A DNA stretch of 64,000 bases from a virus (lineage: Duplodnaviria; Caudoviricetes): the IMG/VR virus record IMGVR_UViG_3300027852_000032, positions 32,001 through 96,000 of that record. One strand, 5' to 3'. Below, in pieces: positions 56,933 to 64,000 of the stretch. Under the pieces are notes generated by a model. That model was not told the DNA's origin and searched no databases. It worked only from the letters and a program-made list of their open reading frames with translations. The position numbers and the translations under genes were made by a program. Position 1 is the stretch's first letter. Each line of letters opens with the position of its first letter.

Positions 56933-57417
56933 AACCTCTCCTCTTCAGGAACAAAGCCCATAAACCTTGCAGGAGCCCCAATATACTTCCCATAAGGAAC
57001 TGTATTTCTGGTTACAACCGACCCCGCACCAATAAAAGATTCTCTTCTTATTTCGACCCCAGGCAAAACCAAGACCCCTATCGCTAATCTTGCCCCGTAC
57101 CTAATGATAGGGGCTTTTTTATTAAAAGAGACTTTATCTCGACGTAAATGAACCATCCTTCTATCGTTCGCCCCAATATAACCGGGGGCGATGAAAACTT
57201 TATCTTCTATTATCGTTCCCGCGGTTATATGACATTGAGCATGGATTAAACAGTCATCCCCTATTTTACAATCGCCCTCAAATACGGTTAAATGGCCGAC
57301 AACTGTATTTTTTCCAATGATTGTTCTTTTTTTCAATACGCAATAATTACCAAGATAAGTCTTATCTCCTATCTTACACCCTTTTTCTATTACGACTCCA
57401 ACACCGCACCTATACAT
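56929..57417 (-). CDS. Hexapeptide-repeat (left-handed beta-helix) acetyltransferase
   Basis: CKIGDK/TIIGKN/CKIGDD repeats, VFIAPG..AND, IGAGSVVTR, GAPAR. Confidence 0.9.
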   Translation of the reverse strand: MYRCGVGVVIEKGCKIGDKTYLGNYCVLKKRTIIGKNTVVGHLTVFEGDCKIGDDCLIHAQCHITAGTIIEDKVFIAPGYIGANDRRMVHLRRDKVSFNKKAPIIRYGARLAIGVLVLPGVEIRRESFIGAGSVVTRNTVPYGKYIGAPARFMGFVPEEERL

Positions 57418-58132
57418 AGTTTAAAGCCTCCTCTGGTGTCATTATTGGAAAAACTTTAAGCGCCGAATTTGGCGTTGCGTTGATAATTTCCAAGCCCATA
57501 ACCTTTGCATCCCGGGCAATTGCTGGAAAAGGGACAAGGAATCTTTCATAAGGATTTTTCAATGGGCTGGGATGATCATTATGCCAATTAGGCTCATTGT
57601 TTACTCTTCTCATATCAAACCCCAAAAGAATAATTTTTTTCGCCCCTAAATGATAAGCCATGTTGATGGCAGATGCCCCAGAGCTTCTGTTCCAGGCGAC
57701 AAACCGAGGGCGATTATCAATTCCTTGTGGTTTTCCTTTACATACCCCGTAGATGCCATCTTTCTTATGAAGTTTCTCTCTGCAACACGCGATCATTCCG
57801 GGGAAATCCCTAAGCCATTTTCTATGCCACCCAAACCATCGCTCATCTCCAAACCAACACAAATCAACCCATATGCGGGGGATATAATGGGTAGTCTCTT
57901 CCCCGGACCGGTCCTTCACCGGAGAACCGTAAGCGTTGTTAACTCCGATGACTCTAAATTTATGAAAAGGAGTTAAATCAACATCATTTAAAGAGGGACC
58001 ACCCCCAAGAATTATACAGGTTTGCCCTCTCCAAATATCAATTACTTTCCACGCTTTATTCGACTGCGTCTTGGTCCTCATCTTCTGTTTCATCTTCTGT
58101 TTCATCTTTTTTTGTTTGATTTTCCAAAACAA
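57410..58132 (-). CDS. Glycosyltransferase-like protein (MAF/DUF115, sialyltransferase-like fold); true start likely at an internal ATG (58081-58105)
   Basis: IILGGGPSL, VIGVNNAY, SSGASAINMAYHLGAKKIILLGFDM, IINATPNSAL..FP. Confidence 0.75.
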   Translation of the reverse strand: MFWKIKQKKMKQKMKQKMRTKTQSNKAWKVIDIWRGQTCIILGGGPSLNDVDLTPFHKFRVIGVNNAYGSPVKDRSGEETTHYIPRIWVDLCWFGDERWFGWHRKWLRDFPGMIACCREKLHKKDGIYGVCKGKPQGIDNRPRFVAWNRSSGASAINMAYHLGAKKIILLGFDMRRVNNEPNWHNDHPSPLKNPYERFLVPFPAIARDAKVMGLEIINATPNSALKVFPIMTPEEALNYV

Positions 58133-58421
58133 GGTCGTCCGCTTCCTTAGAGGTCAATAATCGATCATTAATTGGAGATTCTGTTTCCATGTTAATGACA
58201 TTATACTTGCCCCCGCCTTTATGCTCTTTTTTTAAGCGAGTAACGACCCAACGCAAAGGTTCTGGAGGCGGGGTATTGAGGACTTCGACCCGATGGGACA
58301 TCCATTTTATTTTGGAAAGGAGCTCCTCGAATATCTCCCCTTTCTTAATTACTTTTTCCCCGCATCGATGCCTTCCTGACAATAACTTAAACCGAATTTT
58401 TCTTTCTTTAGGGTTGAACAT
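58056..58421 (-). CDS. Hypothetical capsid-adjacent protein
   Basis: GAGGA RBS; HKGGGKYNV..IN...L.KEA; acidic tail. Confidence 0.65.
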   Translation of the reverse strand: MFNPKERKIRFKLLSGRHRCGEKVIKKGEIFEELLSKIKWMSHRVEVLNTPPPEPLRWVVTRLKKEHKGGGKYNVINMETESPINDRLLTSKEADDLVLENQTKKDETEDETEDEDQDAVE

Positions 58422-58478
58422 ATTTTTCCTTTCCTCTTTGGTTAAAAGGTTAAAAGGCTAAGAGGTTAAAAAATAGAA

Positions 58479-59498
58479 TTACTCAGAATAGATGGCGATT
58501 CCACAATCATCTTCCTGAGACTTTCTTGGCTGCGGAAGGATAATACACATAACCTTAAAGTTTTTCTTCAGACCACCTTCGCTGTCCCATTCAACAACTG
58601 TTACCTGAAGGCCGATTATCATTCGGATTACATCAGCAGTCAACTGAACCATTGCCACTTTATCAGAGCTCATTTTATCAGCTACCTGAATGAAGTCAAT
58701 ATTGGAAATCTGATCTAATCTTTCCCGTATAGTCTTGGGATAATTAGAGACGTAATCTTCATCAAGCTTTGTTTCATAAGCAGTAGGGAGCCAAAGACCA
58801 TAAGGACCGAAATGATGAGAATCAATCAACGCTTGTTTCATATTAACAATATCATCAACAATATTTGCGCCGGTTGTACCTGAAGCGTCCCAATGCCCAT
58901 TTAAAGAGCCTGAGTTCACATTCGGAAAGTCTTCAATTCCTCTTATTGTACCACCTCCAAAACTGTACCCGTTATATCCCCGAAAGAATATCTGCTCTAC
59001 CATTTCAGATACTTTTCGGGCGGACATTTCTGCCATAGTAGTATCAAGGGGCATGTTCCCATTACGAGAGGCTGCGATTTCACGTATACTGAAGGAAAAA
59101 TCTTTATGAATAACAGGTAAAGGCATATACCCGATATCGTACTCAGGGCGGTCTCTGCGGCCTTTAGCAAGGGCATCCATATTGACCTCAGCGTCCTCGA
59201 CGTCAGACATATTCTGCCATGACAGCACAGTTTTACCCAATCCGTCAGGAATGTTATATGTTAACCCTCTACCAATCAGCTGCTGAACGGCGACTAATCT
59301 ATCTTGCGCCGCCTTCAGAACCACTCGATCAACCTCTTTCCATTCATCGTAAAGTAAGGTGTCATTTGTCCGGAGGGAATTTACGTTGAAATTGGATTTC
59401 AATAATTTTTCCGCCACATCCCCTGTACTCTTGATGTTACCTCCATCAAAAGATAAAACGTCAATGTTAGCTGGAGTTCCCTGTTTAGTTCTGTCCAT
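58479..59498 (-). CDS. Major capsid protein (HK97 fold, Linocin/encapsulin-like family)
   Basis: EWKEVD..V, PLPVIHKDFS..REIAASR..LDT, GPYGLW; synteny after scaffold and decoration genes. Confidence 0.88.
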   Translation of the reverse strand: MDRTKQGTPANIDVLSFDGGNIKSTGDVAEKLLKSNFNVNSLRTNDTLLYDEWKEVDRVVLKAAQDRLVAVQQLIGRGLTYNIPDGLGKTVLSWQNMSDVEDAEVNMDALAKGRRDRPEYDIGYMPLPVIHKDFSFSIREIAASRNGNMPLDTTMAEMSARKVSEMVEQIFFRGYNGYSFGGGTIRGIEDFPNVNSGSLNGHWDASGTTGANIVDDIVNMKQALIDSHHFGPYGLWLPTAYETKLDEDYVSNYPKTIRERLDQISNIDFIQVADKMSSDKVAMVQLTADVIRMIIGLQVTVVEWDSEGGLKKNFKVMCIILPQPRKSQEDDCGIAIYSE

Positions 59499-59575
59499 TT
59501 TTTTGCAATCCTTCTTTTTTTAATAACATTAAATAACCGAAAACTTAGTCAAAAACTTAATATCCAGTTTCAATA

Positions 59576-60043
59576 TTAAATGACTTCAACTTTAATCGCT
59601 GTTGCAGAATCTGAAGACGTAGACAAGTCGAGGGCTTCAAGCGCCTGAGCAACAATAGATCCAACGACGACATCCGCAACGGAAACTTCCGCATCAACCT
59701 TGCGTAAAGTACCATCTCCCTGACTTTCCAGATAATCCCCTACTGCAACACTTTCTCCCTGTGCCAATATTGCAGCAACCTCATCTCCTGGCCCGCAAAC
59801 AACGAACTGGACCCTGCTGTTGATAGCGTAATTGTCCACAACACTATTCCCCTGCATTGAATCCTCTATGGCAAAAATAGCAGCCGCAGGGCCACCAGCA
59901 GTAGCGTGAATCTTAACATTTCCAGCAGTGCTGCTCCGCTGAACCAAATGGCCGGGATAAATAGTCGCCGCCTCAGCTTTTCCTTCTTTTGGGATTGGCT
60001 CTCCTTCTCTCCCTGATTTTAAGAAAATAGTTCTAATCGCCAT
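59576..60043 (-). CDS. Capsid decoration/cement protein
   Basis: IYPGHLV..FAIED..G..V.VGDYLESQGDGTL..ALEA; between scaffold and capsid genes. Confidence 0.75.
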   Translation of the reverse strand: MAIRTIFLKSGREGEPIPKEGKAEAATIYPGHLVQRSSTAGNVKIHATAGGPAAAIFAIEDSMQGNSVVDNYAINSRVQFVVCGPGDEVAAILAQGESVAVGDYLESQGDGTLRKVDAEVSVADVVVGSIVAQALEALDLSTSSDSATAIKVEVI

Positions 60044-60070
60044 CTTTTACCTCCATCAAAATTATTTAAT

Positions 60071-60130
60071 TTTAAACTACTTTAAACTACTTTAAACCAC
60101 TTTAAACTACTTTGGATTACTTTAATTTAC
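60071..60130. repeat. (TTTAAACTAC)-type 10-mer array downstream of the scaffold stop codon
   Basis: Four near-perfect plus two degenerate units. Confidence 0.9.
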
Positions 60131-61821
60131 TCTTTAACTGACCCTTCCATTGCCGTGATCATACTCGGCATGTCTGGGACACCTTTTCCCTCTTCAGTTC
60201 TTTCATTTCTTTTAAAAGACTGATTTGAAAGGTTGCCTCCTCTTCCTAAATAATCAAGTACAGGAGCGACAGGGGAATTCATTCCCGCCAGATTGACCAA
60301 CTGTTCCAATTCAGTAATTTCTTTGGCTGCTAACTGATCTTTAGTAAAAGGGCAGGCCTCGTTTTTTGTTAGTACCCCTATCAAATCCTCTTTCTTTCTG
60401 TTTCTCATTATCAGCCCTTCCCGGAGCATCTCTCCAATCTCCACGGGAGCATTTGCAATAAAATTTTCGGCAGAATTTTCGGCAGAATTTCCGGCATTAC
60501 CATTGGTATTATCATCAGCGTTTGTAGTATCAAGGTTTTTGTCGCCTTTTGTCCCGGTTTTCTGATTGGCCTCAAGATCGGCAATTGTTTTCTGAAAACT
60601 GGCAGTAGTTCTTTCATTAATTTTTGAAACGGTATCAAAAGTTGAATCATCAAGGCCGATCAGAAATTCACGGTCGGTTTCCTGGAAAGTTGATCCCTCA
60701 TTGGAAATCAAAGCATCAATTTTTTCTTTTTTCTTATTCATCGTTGGTGTACCCCCTTCATTTGTTTTTTGTTTACTTGATTGTTTACTTGATTGTTTAT
60801 TTGCTTCTTTATTTGCAGCGGCTACAAATTGCCTTTGTTCCCGGACTTCAGAAGGTGACCCCTTTGGAACTGCAACCTCATCTTTTATCTCAAAGTTCTG
60901 TTTGAATAATTTGGTACCTTGCCCTTCTCCCCTCGCCTCATAAACGAAGTAATTCTCCTCCGTATAAACCGCAACTATATAGTGATAAGTTCCTGACTGA
61001 GGTTGTCCCTGAGTATCAAGCTGATCAACTTTAAGCTGCAATTGATCCCTTATCTCTCTATCGGAAACCCCATTATCAGTCAGCCGATTGCCAAAGAAAC
61101 TTGCCAAACTGGCAAGGCGTCGTGTTACCCAACTTTTCTTGGCTGGATCACCAAGACAGGTAATGAGGTCCTCCCCTGTTTTTTTCGCATCCTCTATTGT
61201 CAAAATTTTCGGCATCGCTCCCTCTCCCCCTTTATTTTCTTTTTGTTGTTCTTTTTTATTGAGTCTAACTCCGCAACCATCTTCCCAACTGCAAGCACCT
61301 TGTTGCCCCGGCAATAACGCTAAATGATCAGGAACAATATGTCTTACAACCCCTTCATAATTCTCTTCTTGCCATACACCTGAAGAATCATCATCATCTG
61401 AATAGAGACCTGTTGAAACGTCCATATTAATATTACCCGATTGCAAATCACTAATTATTCCCTCATGGATTTTCTCTGCTTTCTGGATATCTATCCATGC
61501 TTCCGCCCTCAACCTCCCTTGGTCATCAACTGTAGTATTATATATTCTTCCGGCGTTATACCTTTCAATTATTTCAGGAGAATTACAAGAAACAGGGTCA
61601 CCATTATCATCTGTAGGGTGAATGATAGGGACAGGCATCCCATTCCATGCTTGATAATTAGCGGAGAACTCTTCTTTGAGGTAAAGTTTCGGTCCGTCTG
61701 ATCCACTATGGACACCTTCCACCATCATAATAACAGGGACGACCAAATGATTGCGACCTTCGTGAATTTCCGTTCTTGAAACAGCGCTACTCACTTTAAA
61801 TTTGATTCCATGTATTTTCAT
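60127..61821 (-). CDS. Prohead protease/scaffold (DUF2213-like)
   Basis: HLVVPVIMMVEGV, PIIHP, VSTG, DHLALLPGQQGACSWEDGCG; in-frame KQSSKQSS and SAENSAEN duplications. Confidence 0.85.
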   Translation of the reverse strand: MKIHGIKFKVSSAVSRTEIHEGRNHLVVPVIMMVEGVHSGSDGPKLYLKEEFSANYQAWNGMPVPIIHPTDDNGDPVSCNSPEIIERYNAGRIYNTTVDDQGRLRAEAWIDIQKAEKIHEGIISDLQSGNINMDVSTGLYSDDDDSSGVWQEENYEGVVRHIVPDHLALLPGQQGACSWEDGCGVRLNKKEQQKENKGGEGAMPKILTIEDAKKTGEDLITCLGDPAKKSWVTRRLASLASFFGNRLTDNGVSDREIRDQLQLKVDQLDTQGQPQSGTYHYIVAVYTEENYFVYEARGEGQGTKLFKQNFEIKDEVAVPKGSPSEVREQRQFVAAANKEANKQSSKQSSKQKTNEGGTPTMNKKKEKIDALISNEGSTFQETDREFLIGLDDSTFDTVSKINERTTASFQKTIADLEANQKTGTKGDKNLDTTNADDNTNGNAGNSAENSAENFIANAPVEIGEMLREGLIMRNRKKEDLIGVLTKNEACPFTKDQLAAKEITELEQLVNLAGMNSPVAPVLDYLGRGGNLSNQSFKRNERTEEGKGVPDMPSMITAMEGSVKE

Positions 61822-61835
61822 CTTCACCCTCTTTA

Positions 61836-62816
61836 TTACACTTGCACAGGAATTGCTACGCACCTACAATTTGGATGGCGAGGAATCATTCCCTCTATCT
61901 CTTCAAGCGTAAAAGTTTGCCCTGCAAGACCTGCACAAATTGGACAAACGTTAAATCCCGCGGTTCCCCATTCAACTTTGACCTTGACTCCTTGTACACC
62001 CCATTGCCTAAATTCGTTTATATTTGCTACATGATGGGCACGAATAACTTCTGTTCTTGCCATTGTTTTCGCCCTATTTATTGCTCTCATCCCGCTTGCC
62101 GCTTCTGTTCCATTCTCCTCAAAAACATCGCTTAAAGTTCGGGCGATAACTAAAGGGCTTTTTCCTTCCATCAATCCTTGCGATAGAATTCTACTGATTT
62201 GTTGATCCATTATTTGATCAATGCCCTTTAGCTCGCTAAAAGTCCGAGTATATAATACCCCTATTCTATCAGCATGCATTGGTTGATTCATCACAGCTGA
62301 GATGGCAAGGTTATCATCTGGTTCCAGCGCAGGAATAGAGGAGTCATTTTTCCTTAATTCTTGCCTACCCCTAAGTATTCCTTTTTGATAAGCTGCATGA
62401 ACCCATATATCTGTCCATGCTTCTTCAAAACCCCGTAATGCTCCCGGCCTTCTGGTTATTTCTAAAACCCCTCTTTCTTCTTGTTCATTCAACCAATCCA
62501 TAAACTTTTCGATTTTGGTTGAGGTACGGGGGAAAGCGAATTGATCTGGCTCTGCTAAAACAGGGTCAGATAATGTTAAGATTCGGCTCCTAAAAGGGGT
62601 TTCTTCTGTTAACCCAAAACAATCATTATCAACTATACTCACCTTTATGGCGGTTCTTAGTTTTTTGAATCGTGAAGAACAAGCTCGAGCAAAACCGTTT
62701 CTTATTTGGGTCGTTTTAGTAGGGTCTCTTCTAAACGCAAGATTCAAAAAAGGATGTTTTCTTTCTACCCCTTCATTTAAGTTTACGACTTGTCGGGAAC
62801 AATTACAAGAACTCAT
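61836..62816 (-). CDS. Head morphogenesis protein (Mu gpF/SPP1 gp7 family)
   Basis: RAKTMARTEVIRAH, VCPIC..L.G, PRHPNCRC. Confidence 0.92.
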   Translation of the reverse strand: MSSCNCSRQVVNLNEGVERKHPFLNLAFRRDPTKTTQIRNGFARACSSRFKKLRTAIKVSIVDNDCFGLTEETPFRSRILTLSDPVLAEPDQFAFPRTSTKIEKFMDWLNEQEERGVLEITRRPGALRGFEEAWTDIWVHAAYQKGILRGRQELRKNDSSIPALEPDDNLAISAVMNQPMHADRIGVLYTRTFSELKGIDQIMDQQISRILSQGLMEGKSPLVIARTLSDVFEENGTEAASGMRAINRAKTMARTEVIRAHHVANINEFRQWGVQGVKVKVEWGTAGFNVCPICAGLAGQTFTLEEIEGMIPRHPNCRCVAIPVQV

Positions 62817-62818
62817 TA

Positions 62819-64000
62819 TTACCCCTCTCCCCCAGGAATAGGGGCCATAGGGATTTGTGTTTGCCTCAATCTTTGCTCCCTTATCAACTCCTCTTCCTCT
62901 TTAATTGATAGCTCATCGATATAGCCTTCCAGTATTGTTTCAATTTCCTGAATTCTATCATCATCATACTCAAGGAAATCACGTAAAAAGATTTCAGGAG
63001 GAATAATCTCATCAGCTCCTTGAGCATTCACATATTTCGATAGCGCATCCGTTTTTTTAACCGCCGTTTCTGCTCTATCTTTTTCCCCAGGGGTAAATAG
63101 ACTCGGCCAAGTAATACTATATCCTTCCTCGCTCGGGGGAGTCAGTACCCCTACATCTATCAACTTATCAACAAACCTTCGTAAAATCATAGGCTCGGCA
63201 TAATTTTCCCTTCTTTCATCAACTCTTGAGTTCCAATTAGTCTCATCTTGACTACTGGCTAACTCCCCTCTTTCTGACCCCTCTAAAATTCTTTTTGGGA
63301 TACCTGTTGTTGCAGAGATCAAAGTTAATTGGACATCCACATGATCTTTTGGGGAAGAGACTTGAGGGGAAAGGGTCTGGACATCTAAACCCTGAGTCCT
63401 TATGAACCTCTGTAGCCCATGCACATAACTATCAATTTGATTTTTTAAATCATCTGTATCGACTGTTTCAACATCCGCCTCAGAATCGATCTTGAAGTTA
63501 AAACCGGGCAACGCTCCCCTCCAAAACATTTCCCCTGAACCACCGGCCACTGTTTCAAGATCCTGAAGCCGATTAAGGATAGCCTCTAATCTTGGGGTAC
63601 CATATACATCGTTTTCATCTGTATCTTCGGCAAGATGAAGAATTCTCGAATGATGGACATTAATCGTTTGGGTACCTGTCCTTTTAAAGTTACGCATCGT
63701 GACCTGGTATATGTCAGGAAGCCCGTATCTTTCTGACTGGGGGTTAACGTCCCATGCCTGGATTCTAACGTACTTCTCGGAGTAAGGCATTAAGAATAAT
63801 AATTTCCGTTCCGCTCCTTGTGTCGGGGCAATAACTTCCTCTGATAAGTTCTCCGCTCCATCATTCAGCCCTAATAGCAAAATACCGAACCTTCCTATCC
63901 CAGATATTCTGTCCGCTCTCGAAAGATAATGATAAATATGCTTATCTTTTACCAATAAAGCCCATTCTTTTTCGAACGGAGTATCTATTTTTTTCACGTC
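62819..64000 (-). CDS. Portal protein (DUF1073 family), 5' end outside window
   Basis: GRFGILLLG, YGLPDIY, VHHSRILH, GIPKRILEGSERGELASS; synteny. Confidence 0.85.
   Translation of the reverse strand, partial: DVKKIDTPFEKEWALLVKDKHIYHYLSRADRISGIGRFGILLLGLNDGAENLSEEVIAPTQGAERKLLFLMPYSEKYVRIQAWDVNPQSERYGLPDIYQVTMRNFKRTGTQTINVHHSRILHLAEDTDENDVYGTPRLEAILNRLQDLETVAGGSGEMFWRGALPGFNFKIDSEADVETVDTDDLKNQIDSYVHGLQRFIRTQGLDVQTLSPQVSSPKDHVDVQLTLISATTGIPKRILEGSERGELASSQDETNWNSRVDERRENYAEPMILRRFVDKLIDVGVLTPPSEEGYSITWPSLFTPGEKDRAETAVKKTDALSKYVNAQGADEIIPPEIFLRDFLEYDDDRIQEIETILEGYIDELSIKEEEELIREQRLRQTQIPMAPIPGGEG

Noticed and set aside
58479-59498. Encapsulin/bacteriocin (Linocin M18) call
   Set aside because: Synteny with portal, head morphogenesis, scaffold and neck genes identifies it as the phage major capsid protein
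62819-64000. Anti-CBASS Acb1 label sometimes attached to DUF1073 proteins
   Set aside because: Position and motifs indicate a portal protein; no HxT/S phosphoesterase motif pair is evident in the visible part
1-64000. Alternative genetic code or tRNA genes
   Set aside because: Conserved genes are full length in code 11 and end at TAA, TAG and TGA; GTTCGA hits (~23740, ~53028) lie inside CDSs without cloverleafs

Overview
This window is a 64-kb fragment of a tailed dsDNA bacteriophage with two convergent arms; a long non-contractile tail is likely (tail tube, G/GT chaperone and tape measure present, no sheath seen). The + arm (1-34574) starts inside a CCA-adding enzyme gene, then carries small early genes and a replication/nucleotide-metabolism module. 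That module includes LigA, primase-helicase, SNF2 helicase, putative SSB, two HU genes, radical SAM, DNA methyltransferase, ThyX, a DEDDh exonuclease, a Pol I-like polymerase, a resolvase and Mre11/Rad50. The - arm (34784-64000) is the virion module from portal (cut by the right edge) to tail-tip and accessory proteins. The arms meet at a bidirectional terminator (34628-34667). I saw no integrase, tRNA, CRISPR array, reverse transcriptase or clear lysis cassette. The most notable observations are: (1) a glycosyltransferase-like/acetyltransferase/glycosyltransferase/sulfotransferase block between the capsid and neck genes, a candidate sulfated virion-glycan system; (2) a duplicated, co-varying, double-pseudoknot-like non-coding element behind each HU gene; (3) pervasive short tandem duplications, in frame inside genes and often anchored on stop codons; (4) a free-standing NrdD-type glycyl-radical domain; (5) a radical SAM gene bracketed by a perfect 32-bp direct repeat. 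All protein calls come from motif recognition by eye; no database searches were run.
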